Assembly: GCA_964016885.1 (NCBI GenBank) | Contig: OZ024742.1 | Coordinates: forward strand, 292,392,001-292,456,000 | DNA length: 64,000 bases | Source: Eledone cirrhosa | Lineage: Eukaryota | Direction: 5' to 3' | Shown: one piece after another, positions 49,126 through 62,110 of the stretch | How the letters are laid out: the number at the start of each line of letters is the position of its first letter | Numbering within the stretch: position 1 is the first letter of the stretch | Notes under the pieces: model-generated | Databases searched by the model: none | What the model was told of the DNA's origin: nothing | The model's input: the letters and a program-made list of their open reading frames with translations, nothing else | Program-made: the position numbers and the translations under genes

Positions 49126-50679
49126 ATTATTACTATTATAACAGTATAGTTGTGGTCATTGCTGTTGTTGATTGAGGTGATATTGTTATGGTTGCAGCTG
49201 TAAGAGGTGTACGAGAATTTTCTCAACTGTTCTTGTGGTGTGAGTCGTGTTGGTAATGGTGGCAGGGAGATTAATGCTGGGGGTGGGGGTGCTGGGAGTG
49301 GTAGTGGGTAGGGTGACATTGTAGCTTATAGGAGTTGCTTCTCCGATGTTATTTTCTGTCTATTTTGAGTTTGATATGTAAATGGGGTGCTAGTATTCTT
49401 TTTATTAATATTATTATTATTATTATTACTATTATTATTATTATTATATCTCAGCCACAGAGTAGTCAGTAAATTGGCAGTGTGTCAGATGAAAAGCATT
49501 GCAGTGTTGCTTTACAGTCCTTTATATGCTGGTTTCAAACCCTTCCAATGTCAACTTTGACTTTCATCCGTCCAGGGTCAATAAAATAATGTAGCAGGGT
49601 AGGGTAGAATAAGCAGGGGCTCGGTAATTTTTCTAGATTGTCTCCCTTGATTTTTTTTTTTTAAACCAGTATTAGTCATTTAGTTTACATATTGAGACCC
49701 CAACCCATCCTATTTATTTTATAACATATGAGATTTCTAGTAATGTACTTTTTTTGTCATGTATAATGTTTTTTAATGTTTAAAGAAAATTTCACTTAAA
49801 ATAAAATTTCACCAGAGACAGATTATCAAAATTTAATAAGTGGGAGTTGGGAAAAATTTGAAAAATTAATAAGCAGATGGAGGGCGGATGATTATTCGGG
49901 ACCTGAAAGTAAGTGAAAGTGGTAGTGCTGGATTAACCTTGTATCAATAGTAGCATTTGTTATGGATCCTATATTTAGTGTTTTATACTATAGTATTATA
50001 AATACAGCCTTTATCCTTTATGTCAAATTTTATTTAAAGATCAGGGTTCCTTTTTAGTATATGTTGCATTTCCTACATAAACCTAATCTGGAAAGTGGTA
50101 AAAATAGCCCCAGTGAATGGGCCTACTCTGAACAGTTACCTGTAGGTCTATAGATGAAAGCTAAGAGAAAGCACTTGGCCTTGGTGCTCAGGGTGAAATA
50201 GATCTATGCTGAGCATGTGCATATTAACTGGAAAACAACAGCTGAGTGAGGCCTCACACTGACCATGCATCTATAAGCCAAGAGACAATAACTGAAAGAG
50301 GTTAGAGTGAACCAATTTTTGAATGGTTTCTTTGATTGGGCCTAGATAACTGACCCTACTATTGGGAGCTTTTCCATTATTGTTATTTTTTTGTTATGCA
50401 TTTGTATTTGTTATTTTATTTTTACATGACCCCCCCCCCTCCTGTAACCCCCTCCCCATTGTGTTTGTATCTTGTCCTTGTCCTTGTACCATTATAATCA
50501 TCTTTGTGCACTTGTGGCAAATATTCTTACTTCTTTCCTGTTTAACTCCCTAAAAAAAAACATTAAAAAATGGTGAGAGACATTTTGATAGAAAAACATC
50601 CACAATCAAAAACAAAAAAAAAAACACAAATAAGGACTTAATATTTGCAACTGGTTGAACCATTGAATAATAATAATAA

Positions 50680-50901
50680 CAATTTTTTCTGATTTAGGCA
50701 CAAGGCCAGCAATTTGAAGGGGAAGGGAAAGTCAATTAAGTCAACCCCCAGTGCATCACTGGTGCTTTATTTTATAGACCCTGTAAGAATGAAAGGCAAA
50801 GCTAACCTCAGCGGGATTTAAACATAGAATGTAAAGGGCCGTAACTCTATACTGAAAAGCATGTTGTCTGATACTCTATCGATTCTGCTAATCGACCACC
50901 C
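50680..50901 (-). mobile_element. tRNA-derived SINE (long variant)
   Basis: Reverse complement of the family, with an extra purine/pyrimidine segment before the tail. Confidence 0.8.
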
Positions 50902-50917
50902 TAATAATAATAATAAT

Positions 50918-51135
50918 TCACTTTGTACAGTGGAAGATTGAGACCTGGGTGAAGAAAATCAGAATAGACTGTCCCATAGAACTGTTGCAGAAAGCATTCC
51001 TTCAAGGTATGGCAAGAATCATTCAGGTTATGAACTTCTAGAAAACGGAAAGTGCATGATACATAAAACTACTGTTTGTGGTCTGCTATCAAAGCATTTA
51101 TCTAATATAAAGAGAAATAGTAACAAAATAATATT
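50918..51135 (+). mobile_element. R4/Dong-type 3' end fragment
   Basis: IELLQKAFLQGMARII C-terminal motif next to (TAA)n. Confidence 0.6.
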
Positions 51136-52470
51136 TGTTGTGGAACTGTGTCAGTGACCAGGTCACAGACAGTGCAATGAACACTTTGACAACAAGAAAT
51201 GAATAATAAATATCAAGTTAACAATTTTTGTGTGTTTAAATGGTTAAAATTACTCTTTTGCACTGTAAGTGCTTTAGTTTCAATACACACTTTCAGATCA
51301 AATCACTCGTCAAACAAGTATAACTCCAAAATAATGATAATATAATAACATGATGATGATGATGATGATAATCTTTTGAATAATAACATAGAAATTATAG
51401 AAAACAGTTGTAAACTGTCTATACATGAACCAAGTTTTGTTGTTGATGTATTTTTTTATTTGATTTGATTTTTTTGTGAACTACTATTTTTAGAGACTCC
51501 TGTAATTTTCCTGTCTGGTAATTATTCCCTGAGTCAGCAGTATCTCAGCATCTCATCACAGTGGCATACAGGGTAAAATTAGAAAACTAAGCAGCTCATT
51601 TCAAAATAACAAAACTGCTTCTGTTTCTGGTTTATTTCTTACTAAATCATGAATTAAAAAAAATAAAATGTTATGGGATTTTGAAGGAATATGTCTTTAG
51701 CAGTACTTTCTTTATTTATCCATATTTGATCTCTAGTATTGTCAGCACAGCGAACTGGCAGAGTCATTAGAATGTTGGATAGAATGCTTTATGTTATTCA
51801 TTCCAGCTCTCTGCTCTCTGAGTTCAAATCCTGCTGAGGTCAACTGTGCCTTTCATCCTTTCGAGGGCGATAAAAAAAAGTTCCAGTCTAGTACTGGATC
51901 GATTTTTCCTCTCTCTGGAAGAAATCTGCTGGAGAGGGATGGGCTCCACCAGGCTTAAAATGCCCAAGAAACACTGTATGTTGCCCCTATTAATCTATCA
52001 GGAATTAATGGACCATACATACATACATTGTCAGCACATTAGTACAATGAGAAAGCTTGGTATTAGGGAAATTTATTCACTACACATAAACCCAAATGTT
52101 AACTAAATGATATTTCTCTGATACTGGGATCTCATATTTGTTAAGGATAAACAATCATTCTTTTTCTCGAAGTTAATCCTGTTTGTCCAATGTAATTTGC
52201 ATTACATCCATTACATTTAATAACATAAATTAAATTTCCATTGGCACAAGTGAAATGATTTTTTACAAGGAATGCCTGTCTTTATTTAAATTCATATGTT
52301 ACAACTTGAATAAGATTAATAAAAATGTTGCAGTTATGACATCCACATCTTTTGATTGTTTATATTTTCAGCAGGTCATTTAATAGTGGTTAACGATTAA
52401 AAAAATGGGGTTGTTTTTTTAATTATTCTTTGTGTTTTAAGTGTCCTTTTTATTTTCAGGTTTTACCTCA

Positions 52471-52640
52471 ATAATAATTGTTTCTACGTTAGGCACAAGG
52501 CCAGCAATTACCCAGTGTATTACTGGTACTTTATTTTATCGACCCCGTAAGGATGAAAGGCAAAGTTAACCTCGGCGGGATTTGAACTCAGACTGTAAAG
52601 GGACGTAACTATGCTAGAAAGCATGGCGTCCAACCCTCTA
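52471..52640 (-). mobile_element. tRNA-derived SINE, 5'-truncated
   Basis: Matches 34043-34227. Confidence 0.85.
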
Positions 52641-52644
52641 ATAT

Positions 52645-53388
52645 ATTCTGGTGAGTGATGTTGTATACTTCTGTATTTCTTGGTTTGCGTGTTTATAGAA
52701 CATCAGTATTTTTTAGGGGTGAAAATAAGATTATCGGAAGTGTATTTTGTCTTTCACAATTCCTGAATATCTATCGTTTTTGGCACATTCTATTCTATTA
52801 TCAATTAATGTCTTTTGAGTAATATTTTCTTAAATTTTCAGAGTTGTTTATCCCAAGTTTCTAAAATGGATACAATTGTGCAGATTCTTCTTGTGAAATT
52901 TAATGGTATTTTTGTTTTTGTATATTTTGAATGACACTGAGTAAATAACAAATATTGTTTTGAATCTGTTGATTTAAAGCAGACGTTGGTTTCAATGTTC
53001 GTGTTTCTTTTAATGACAAAAATGTCCAAAACCGATAGTTGTTTGTTACTATATTCTATTGTAAATTGAATATTGTTGATTTGATAGTAACTTGTAGAAA
53101 GGTTAAATCTGTTATTTGTAGTGTATAGACAAAGAATTAGTAGTGTTGTTAGAGTGTTACCATTGGATACTTCTTTTGGGGACATTCCCTGCTCTGAGTC
53201 AAGCTTGTATTCTTCCAAATTGACTCAGAGCAGGGCACGTCCCCAAAAGAAGTACTCCAATGGTAACACTCTAACAACACTACTGATTCTTTGTCTATAC
53301 ACTACAAATAACAGCTTTAACCTTTCTACAAGTTACTATCAAATCAACAATATTCAATTTACAATAGAATATAGTAACAAACAACTAT
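52645..53388 (-). mobile_element. PLE RT fragment with ~168-bp fold-back
   Basis: IQFTIE..LSVLDI..FKSTDSKQYL..RRICTIVS. Inverted arms at 53035-53202 and 53220-53388. Confidence 0.75.
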
Positions 53389-55646
53389 GTATTCTTCAGA
53401 ATTGAAATATGGTGTATTTCCTTAAATATATAGTCATAAGGGAGTTAAAATTGGTATGCTAAAAACAGAGGATTTTGAGCAGGTTGTGCTAAACGGATTA
53501 AACAAAAAAACAATGAGTAAAGAAAATAACACTACTTTATGTTTTAAAGGATACGTTTTATAAGACAATATAAGTTGTATGTGAAGTTTGTGTACAGGAG
53601 AATTTAATGCTAGTAGTTCATTCATTTTATATTTCAAACAACTTTGTAATTGTAGATAAAATGTTAATTTAAAGGAAATTGTTTTTTATGTTATGACAAT
53701 AAATATCCACCAAACTTATTCCTGATTTATGAGATGAGATAATCAAAGACATTTAGTTCTACTAAATTCTTCTTCTTCTAGCAATCAATTACTGTCTTGT
53801 GCCATTCTTTAGTATACTATTCACACATAAAACTACTTCTCTATGTCTGTATGTAAGAAAACATTATTTGATCTACTTCATTTATAAAATTTCAACTGCA
53901 TATAAATAAAATGCTTGAATCTCATGCTGCTGCTGTACACAGATGTATTGAATATTTTAAAGAGGGTCATTGGTACCTGAAATAATATACATTGAGAAAA
54001 GATTATTGGTATCTGTCTTGTTTCCTTAAGCAGTGACTTGGCAGAGTTATTAGAGCATCAGATTAAATGCCTTGGTATTTGTTCTGGTCCTCTGTGCTCT
54101 GAATTCAAATCCTGCTGAGGTCAATTTTACCTTTCAACCTCTCACATACATAACGTACCAGTCCAGAGATAATGAATTGGCAGAATTGTTGAAACATTAA
54201 ACGAGATTCTTTGTGGTATGTGTTTTGGCTTTGTGTGTTCTGAGTTCAAATCCCACCTACAGGAGTTGTAACCAACAGATAGTATCAACAATGGAAATAC
54301 CAATGGAAGATGCAAACTTATTTTTAAAAAGGTTTAGGAAAAAGTTATTATTCAAATCAACTTATATTTCATAGGCTATTATTGTTACATTATACCTTCA
54401 GTGTACAGAGTCCAGACAGATTTTGACATCAAACTTTTGAATAAAAAGTGTGTCTTTTACACTGGAAAATACAGTATATTATATTTCAAGATGATAATAA
54501 TTATTAAATTTGATTCTGCCAAAGTTTATTAAGAAACATCAGTAAACACCAACTGTTTGGCAAATGTAGATAACTTGTCTTATTATTTTGATATCAAAGA
54601 AACTTTGCTTTTTCATTACTTATCTCTGAATTACAGTACTTATTTATCAACCAGACTTCTATTGAACCAAAGGTTCTAGGAATAAAAATAATATATATTT
54701 ATATTTCTACAACAGATAATTTATAATAGATATTTGCCAAAATTTTATATTTTAAAATAAGTATAATACTCCAGATCCTTTATCAATAGCAGGCAAGTGT
54801 TTTTGTCGTAAACCCAATACATTTAAGATATAAATAACAAGATTACTTAAAATTGATTTTCTAATTTCAGAGTAAACCATTTAACTTAGAACCAAACAGT
54901 TATAGATTCAATTACTTCCAAGTTGCCATTTCAATAAGAAACCTTCTGATCTAAATAAAGTTTTGGTTAACCATTATTAGTTTCTTCTTTCCATGCTATG
55001 TTATCTGATAACCTTTTTAAAACTTCAAAGTCCGATGTACACTTTAATATATGGAGGTTAACAAAAATAGATGAATGATTTTAAATAGTTGGAATACAAC
55101 TAAATCCAAATATCAGTTTCTGTATTATAGCTTATATTATATTGTTTGAAAAATAATTTAATTTTAAGGGATCAAAGACTACGTGGAATGGAGAGGTCCC
55201 TTAGTCTGCAGTGAATGAGACAACCTCTTTCACAATAAAATGCTCTTAATACCTTCTACTCTATAAAGTAGTGAGTGAATACACTGAGACAATATAGAGT
55301 AGAGAGTACTCTTCAGTCTGATCAAGCATATGACAAACTCTCTAGTGCTAGGATGTTTATATATATGTATATGTATATATATATGAATGTGTATATGTGC
55401 CAGCATTGAAAAACAGACATTAACTGATGATGACTATATATACATATATACACACAGAGATACATATATGTGTGTGTATATATGCATATATATATATATA
55501 TATGTATAGGAAAATGTTCAAGACCCTGACGGCTTGAGCTCTGCCATCAGGGTCTTGAACATTTTCCTATTACCCACTCTACCACCCAAAGTATTGAGTA
55601 CTCTGGTGCATTATGGTCCACCTGGTTCCTTACCACACTTCCTTTG

Positions 55647-55705
<59 letters not shown>

Positions 55706-55716
55706 AACAAGTAAGA

Positions 55717-55808
55717 CCCCGACGGCTGAGCTCAAGCCGTTTCGACGGCTAATTCTGGACAGAATGAAAATTTATTCTGGTATTTAAATAGCCGAGCTTA
55801 TCAAGGGG
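55717..55808 (-). ncRNA. Type I hammerhead ribozyme, U3:A8 core variant (UUGAUAA); second copy at 59350-59441
   Basis: CCCC-UUGAUAA-stem II-GAAA-CGGCU[UGAGCUC]AGCC-GUC-GGGG. Confidence 0.8.
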
Positions 55809-56984
55809 TAATTCCATATATGGTCAAAGAGATAATCACCAGGATTGGTCACATCACAAGTTAGTAGTAAATCTGTGAAGGCAAATTGGTGGGGCAAGGG
55901 GTAGCTGAACCTGCCGGTAGGAGAAAAAGGGAGAGGGGGTGGAGTAGACCCATCCATGTGTTGGTAGTGCGGGCTACAGCTGGGTGTGAGGTCAAAGAGG
56001 ATACTGGGGAGGGGGGAGGAAGTCGAATGGGTAAGTAGAACAATGAAGGGTAAAAATATAAAAAGTACTGAGAGAGAAAAAATAAATAAATAAATAAATA
56101 AGCAAAGTCTGGTTACTAAGACTTAAGTCTCTCGCTATTGCTAGGCTAAAGAAATACATAAATAAATAAATAAATAAATAAGTGAAAAAAGAATAGATAA
56201 ATAAATTTTTAAAAATATATATAGTGAAGAATAAAGAAATAAATAAAAATAAACTAGGTGGGACGGAAATAAAGGGACCCTTATACGAGGTATAAGTGCG
56301 TGTATCGTACGGTGACGGGTCAACAAAGGGGGGGCCAAAATACTAAAGAGACTACTACGAAAATAATAAAGGTTTCTACCCCAATCACAGGGCCAGCAAC
56401 CACCCAGAGCAAGAAAGTAAACTAGTACGAGAATATAATTCAGGGTCCCGCAAAAAAATACTCGTGCTAACTCTAAGGGTACCGCCACGAAACAAAAAGT
56501 CTTATACAAGCTGCATGAAAGATCGTACGAAGTAAAAGTAAAGAACGGAAAATTAATACAGAAACACTCCCCCCCCCCTCCCAAAAAGGGAAAAAGAGGA
56601 AAGAAATACTGGATAAACGAGAAATTAAAGTAAAGATGCCACTAAGAAATATAGAAGGCACGGAAAAAAGGGACAGCGGTCGGAGAAGGGGGCAAGTATC
56701 CGAAGTCTAACACCCTTGCTATAAAAAGCGGAGTCAGCCAAATCTATCATAGAATAGGGAAGGGTGGTGGTGGTGCTGAAGCTACAAGGGACCGAGGGGC
56801 TACCTCGGGTGGGCGAGAAAAAGACGACGACAAAGAAAGGGAACTGGGGTAGAAGGACTAGGGAGGGATGGGGGGAAGGAGGAAATATAGAGGAAGCGAT
56901 AAAAGAATGTAAAAGAAGATCTTACGTCTCCATTGGCAAGCAGGGGTTACCCCTTACAAAATAGGCAAGTGGGGTGTTATAGCC

Positions 56985-59163
56985 CTAGTCTACCCACCCA
57001 CCCACCCACCCCGGGTCATTATGGGGTTTGAGGGCGATGTAAGTCCTACGTAATCGGTGTTTACATGCAGTAACCAATTCATCTTTCTTGTTTAGGAGTT
57101 GGTCCGTCGAAAACAACATTTGTAAAGTTTCCTCCGAGCATAAATTGCACGGACGGCGTCCTCCCGTGTAAGAGTTGGCTCTGGACAGTAATTTCCAAGT
57201 GAGATCATAGTTGATGTTGTTGTCCTTGAGGTCCCATAAGTGGCCCGAAAGTGTAGTGGCGTGACGCCGGGCCGGGTTTCGGAAGGTATGTCTGTGTTGG
57301 TATAGCCGGGTCTTGAAGTCACATGCGGTTAATCCTATATAAGCTTTGTTGGAGGTGTCCGTGCTCACGTTGCACTGGTAGATCACATTACGGTCTCTGC
57401 ATCTGTTGTCGAGGGGGCAACTGGATCTATCAGGACAGTTGCACCTCCTGGTCGGCTCTCCACTGCTATTTAGGTTGTTTCTTCCATCGGGGTTGAGTTT
57501 TTTGTTGTTGGAGGAGACGATGTTTTGTGCGAAGTTAGGTGTAGTGCTGTAAGAGAGTTTGATGGTATTTTTGTTAATTATGTTGTGGTAGCGGTGTTGT
57601 GGTGGGAAGTGTTTTTCAATGAGCCTAAAGAAAATTTTCCCGATGGGAGTTGTCACCTCGGCGTTGTGGGGAGGATTGAACCATGTTACATTGCGTGAGC
57701 GGCGGTGTCGCCTGCTGGTTCCGCTAATGGGAGCTGGACAGTAGGATATTTCCTCCCGGAAGCCACTCCGCTTGAGGGCCTGGTTGTAGTAGGGCGCATG
57801 TTCATCGAATATCTTCTCATTAGCTGACAAACGGGATATGCGGAGGGAGATGTTTTTGACCAGGTTGTTGGTGATGTTCCTAGGATGGTTAGATCGGCGG
57901 TGGATGTAGTGCAGGTTGTCATTGGGTTTCCTGTATGGGTAGTACAGGTCATTATAGAGATCGAGGGTAACGTCCAGGAAATTAACTCGGGCCAGGGGCG
58001 TTTGTAGGGTTATTTTAAATCCCCAGTCGCGGAAGAAGCTGATTAATTGTTTACGGACGCGATCTGTACTACTGGGGTTGTACCCTTTAAGGGTAAGGAG
58101 CCCATCATCACGGTACAATCCACCACCGAAAGCAGGAAACATATCGGTGAGTTTGGCTATTAGGAATAATCCTATAAGATCTGTGACCTCCGCCGAATCC
58201 GTGGCGCCCATGCTGACGTCGAAGGGTGAGTCGGGAGCTCTTTTTATCCATTTGGAGTTGTCAAAGAGTAAGACTGTCTTCCTGGCGTGGAGGATGATTT
58301 TTCTTTCCTGGTCGGTGATGTGCATGAGTGCTTCGGCGAAGTCTAAGGCGGCAGAAGTAGCGGTAAGGTGATTGAAGCATAGTAGCTCTCTATGTCGAAC
58401 TGGATAAATTTAGTGTCTCGTTTATCCTCCATATTTCTGAACCATGAGATAACTTGCTGGGTGTTGATCCATAGGCTAAGTCGGGCGTGTTGCTTGACTT
58501 TTGGTATCACGCGGTCTAGGATTTTTTTGCTGATTCTCCCTATGTCGGACTTTGTTGGGTTTATAAGCCTGATAGATGGTTTACGGTAAAATCCGATTTG
58601 TGGTCCTTCAGTGTGAAGTAGGGTGTCCGTGGATCTAGGGGTTCGGTGCGGTCAGCGACCCCGAGGCTGGAGGTAATTTGTTGTCCATCTCGATTAATGT
58701 CCTCGATGCATGAGTGGTTAGCCTTTTTATAGGTGGAGTTTAGGCTGCTCCTGATCAGTGTGTGGTATCTGTCGGGGTTGACAAAGTATAGGTTCCCAGT
58801 TTTATCCGAATGCACTATGATGTCATTGGTGTTATCATACTCTGTTAAGTTGCTACGGAGTTTTTGTAGGAATCGGTTGTGTCTGGGTTTGAATTTAAGG
58901 TTCTTTACCAGTTGGAAGAGGTCATTCTCGAAGGGTGAGAGCAAAGGGTTCGGGTGGGAGGGGGGGGGAGATTTGTAAGTAATAAATCCGAATCTCTCCT
59001 TGGTACCGAAGTCCTGATTGTCGCAAAATCTGTCGTAGAAAAAAGTTCTCCATATAAGTCTTTTCGCAAATAGATCGATTTTTTGTGTGAGCATTCGAAG
59101 GTAAAGTTTTTTCGGTGGGATTGGGATGTTCTTGGTAGAGAAGTCGATGTTGTGTATTCGCAT
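56985..59163 (-). pseudogene. PLE RT/GIY-YIG ORF with a few frameshifts
   Basis: MRIHNIDFSTKNIP start, SDKTGNLY, GLYRDDGL, WFNPP, CNC..CPL..C, AYIG, CNLC, CKH. Breaks near 58585 and ~58365. Confidence 0.9.
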
Positions 59164-60530
59164 GGTGCGGGTGAAAGAAATTGAGCTTAGCGGAAAAGTC
59201 TGGATACGGCGTGGTAAGGTCGGAAAGTGCTCTACTACGGGGATAGGAGCTAGATAACGAAGGAAATGTGGTAAGGAACCAGGTGGACCATAACGCACCA
59301 AAGTACTCAAACCTTAGGGTAGTAGAGTGGGTAATAGGAACAAGTAAGACCCCGACGGCTGAGCTCAAGCCGTTTCGACGGCTAATTCTGGACTGAATGA
59401 AAATTTAATCTGGTATTAAAATAGCCGAGCTTATCAAGGGGTAATTCCATATATGGTCAAAGAGATAAAACACCAGGATTGGTCACATCACAAGTTAGTA
59501 GTAAATCTATGAAGGCAAATTGGTGGGGGAAGGTGTAGCTGAACCTGCCGGTAGGAGAAAAAGGGAGAGGGGGTGGAGTAGACCCATTCATGCATTGGTA
59601 GTGCAGGCTACAGCTGAGTGTGAGGTCAAAGAGGATACTGGGGAGGTGGAGGAGGAGGAAGTCGAATGGGTAAGTAGAACAATGAAGGGTAAAAATATAA
59701 AAAGTACTGAGAGAGAAAAAAAAAAAATAAATAAATAAGCAAAATCTGGTTACTAAGACTAAAGTCTCTCGCTATTGCTAGGCTAAAGAAATACATAAAT
59801 AAATAAATAAACAAATAAGTGAAAAAAGAATAGATAAATAAATTTTAAAAAATATATATAGTGAAGAATAAATAAATAAATAAAAATAAACTAGGTGGGA
59901 CGGAAATAAAGGGACCCTTATACGAGGTATAAGTGCGTGTATCGTACGGTGACGGGTCAACAAAGGGGGGGCCAAAATACTAAAGAGACTACCACGAAAA
60001 TAATAAAGGTTTCTACCCCAATCACAGGGCCAGCAACCACCCAGAGCAAGAAAGTAAACTAGTACGAGAATATAATTCAGGGTCCCGCAAAAAAATACTC
60101 GTGCTAACTCTAAGGGTACCGCCACGAAACAAAAAGTCTTATACAAGCTACATGAAAGATCGTACGAAGTAAAAGTAAAGAACGGAAAATTAATACAGAA
60201 ACACTCCCCCCCCCCCAAAAAAAAAGGGAAAAAGAGGAAAGAAATACTGGATAAACGAGGAATTAAAGCAAAGATGCCACTAAGAAATATAGAAGGCACG
60301 GAAAAAAGGGACAGCGGTCGGAGAAGGGGGCAAGTATCCGAAGTCTAACACCCCTGCTATAAAAAGCGGAGTCAGCACCAATGTGTATAAATATATAGAC
60401 ATATCTAATATGTAGACATCTAAACATGCCAGAAAATACAAATTTCCCTGTAAATTGAAAAATGATAAACATCTTTAATCAATTTTCAGATCTAATTGGA
60501 CCCTCATCAGGGGACATGTATATCACCCAA

Positions 60531-60772
60531 TCAACCATAAGAAAACATATATTTGATACCCCATTTGCTAGCAGCCAAAGTGTATGATAAAGTTATATCT
60601 GTATAAATATAAAGTGTGTAACTGAGACTGCTCTTAATGCTTTCATCTCCTGTGCATCTGCTGCATACAAAGTTTATATTCTCTGTCAATTTACTTGTAA
60701 TCCCATTACATATATTGTGTGTCCATAGACTGCAATGTGTGTACTTCATAGAATTTCTGCTCATCCCTTTCT
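60531..60772 (-). mobile_element. RTE fragment (PHD-like insert region)
   Basis: SRNS..CSLWTHNICNGI..FVCSRC, homologous to 33680-33840. Confidence 0.6.
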
Positions 60773-60873
60773 GATGTTGTTGGTTCCAACCTCCTATCCT
60801 CTTTCCTACTTATTTATATATATATTATAAAATAACAGGAGGCTGGATTGGTTTAATTCCTTAAAGGTTTATT

Positions 60874-60931
60874 ATACTATGAACATTTCAATGACCGGGT
60901 TCAGTATGAATCCGGTGACATCATCAGGTAT
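60874..60931 (-). ncRNA. Type I hammerhead ribozyme-like motif
   Basis: AUAC-CUGAUGA-stem II (ACCGGAUUCA/UGAACCCGGU)-GAAA-UGUUCA-UA-GUAU. Confidence 0.7.
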
Positions 60932-61156
60932 TCGAAATTTAACAAAGGAATATAATCATGGGGCTGAAAAGGTAGAGAGACAAGATAGCAGCCAGACATT
61001 TAGCAGTTTCTAGTTCAGTCGGCCGCCTTCAAGTGACGACTACCAATTCTTCTTATGTCTTTCTGGTGAAGGGGCATAAGCTTATAGTGTACTACTACCA
61101 CGCCGTCACAGACAGAGGCTAGCGGTGGGATCAGGTTACATTGAAGTTGGTCAAAA

Positions 61157-61915
61157 GTGCTAAAAAGTGCTAAGAAGTATATAGAGGAGCCAGAACCAAA
61201 TGGGAAAAAATGGCAAAATAATGATACAAATGGGACCTGCCCCTTGTATAGGAGAAAATTTTGGAATAGAATAGAAAGAACTAGGAATAAGGTTAATAGA
61301 ATAAACTCATCGTATGATAGCAATAAATACCAGAGTGTAATGTTCATCAATGCAACCTCTAGAGGTGAACTAGCTTACAAATTTAGAAGGGCCCTAGATA
61401 AACTTAAACTAAATATTAAGATAGTGAGAAGACCAGGTACCTTCATAAAAACACTTATTACTAATACATACCATTTTCAAAGACCTCCCTGTATAGATAA
61501 GAAATGCATAATCTGTAAACTAAGCCCACATATTAACTGCAAAACTAGAAACATAGTATATAGCATAAGATGTACTGAGGGACAATGTAAAGATAAGAAT
61601 ATAGTGTACATAGGTGAGACAGCTCGTAGTATAGGAGAACGATTAAATGAACACTGGCGAGAGCTTCAAGATAGAAAAGATTCATCAGTACTCCACCAAC
61701 ATGCTAAAATAGAACATAAGGGCAAATTAGAGAACATAGAAATAAAAATAAAATCTACACACAGAAAGGACGCAATGTTTAGACAAATCACAGAGGCAAT
61801 AAACATAAATGAGCTCCAACCAAAATTAAATAGAAAACATGAATGGAATAGCAACATCACAACTTACAATGAAAGAAAAAATGAAAACACACACATAGAA
61901 CAAACAACCAACTAG
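61157..61915 (+). CDS. GIY-YIG endonuclease C-terminal part of a 5'-truncated PLE
   Basis: C..C..C linker, NIVYSIRC, VYIGETARSIGERLNEH, H..H, RQITEAI..PKLN. Confidence 0.85.
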   Translation: MLKSAKKYIEEPEPNGKKWQNNDTNGTCPLYRRKFWNRIERTRNKVNRINSSYDSNKYQSVMFINATSRGELAYKFRRALDKLKLNIKIVRRPGTFIKTLITNTYHFQRPPCIDKKCIICKLSPHINCKTRNIVYSIRCTEGQCKDKNIVYIGETARSIGERLNEHWRELQDRKDSSVLHQHAKIEHKGKLENIEIKIKSTHRKDAMFRQITEAININELQPKLNRKHEWNSNITTYNERKNENTHIEQTTN

Positions 61916-62067
61916 TAACATGTAAATAAACAAATTAATAAACAAATAAAAACACACACAGACACCCGGATGTAACACATGCGCAAACTAAGCACACAAC
62001 ACACACAAAAACAAGATGGCGTAGGACAGAACAAAGGAGAGGCACAAAACAAAGAAAAGAATCCCTG

Positions 62068-62110
62068 GTCACTGATGAGGTCACAGAATGTGTGACGAAA
62101 GAACTTTGAC
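62068..62110 (+). ncRNA. Minimal type I hammerhead ribozyme in the PLE 3' UTR
   Basis: GUCA-CUGAUGA-GGUCACA[GAAUG]UGUGAC-GAAA-GAAC-UU-UGAC. Confidence 0.75.

Larger units (their letters stand above)
55701..60378 (-). mobile_element. Penelope-like element, probably Naiad clade (copy 2), with ~1.04-kb direct pLTRs
   Basis: 55701-56740 is repeated at ~59334-60378 around the RT/GIY-YIG ORF. The 3' end abuts (TA)n. Confidence 0.92.

Noticed and set aside
56141-56584. Hydrophobic ORF duplicated at 59778..60299
   Set aside because: It reflects T-rich pLTR sequence and the pLTR duplication; no equivalent ORF is listed for PLE copy 1.
56985-57460. Selenocysteine recoding, as known in some Naiad PLEs
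   Set aside because: The conserved Cys positions (CNC..CPL..C, CNLC, CKH) are not TGA in either copy. The TGA at codon 2 of copy 1 corresponds to CGA in copy 2 (CpG decay).
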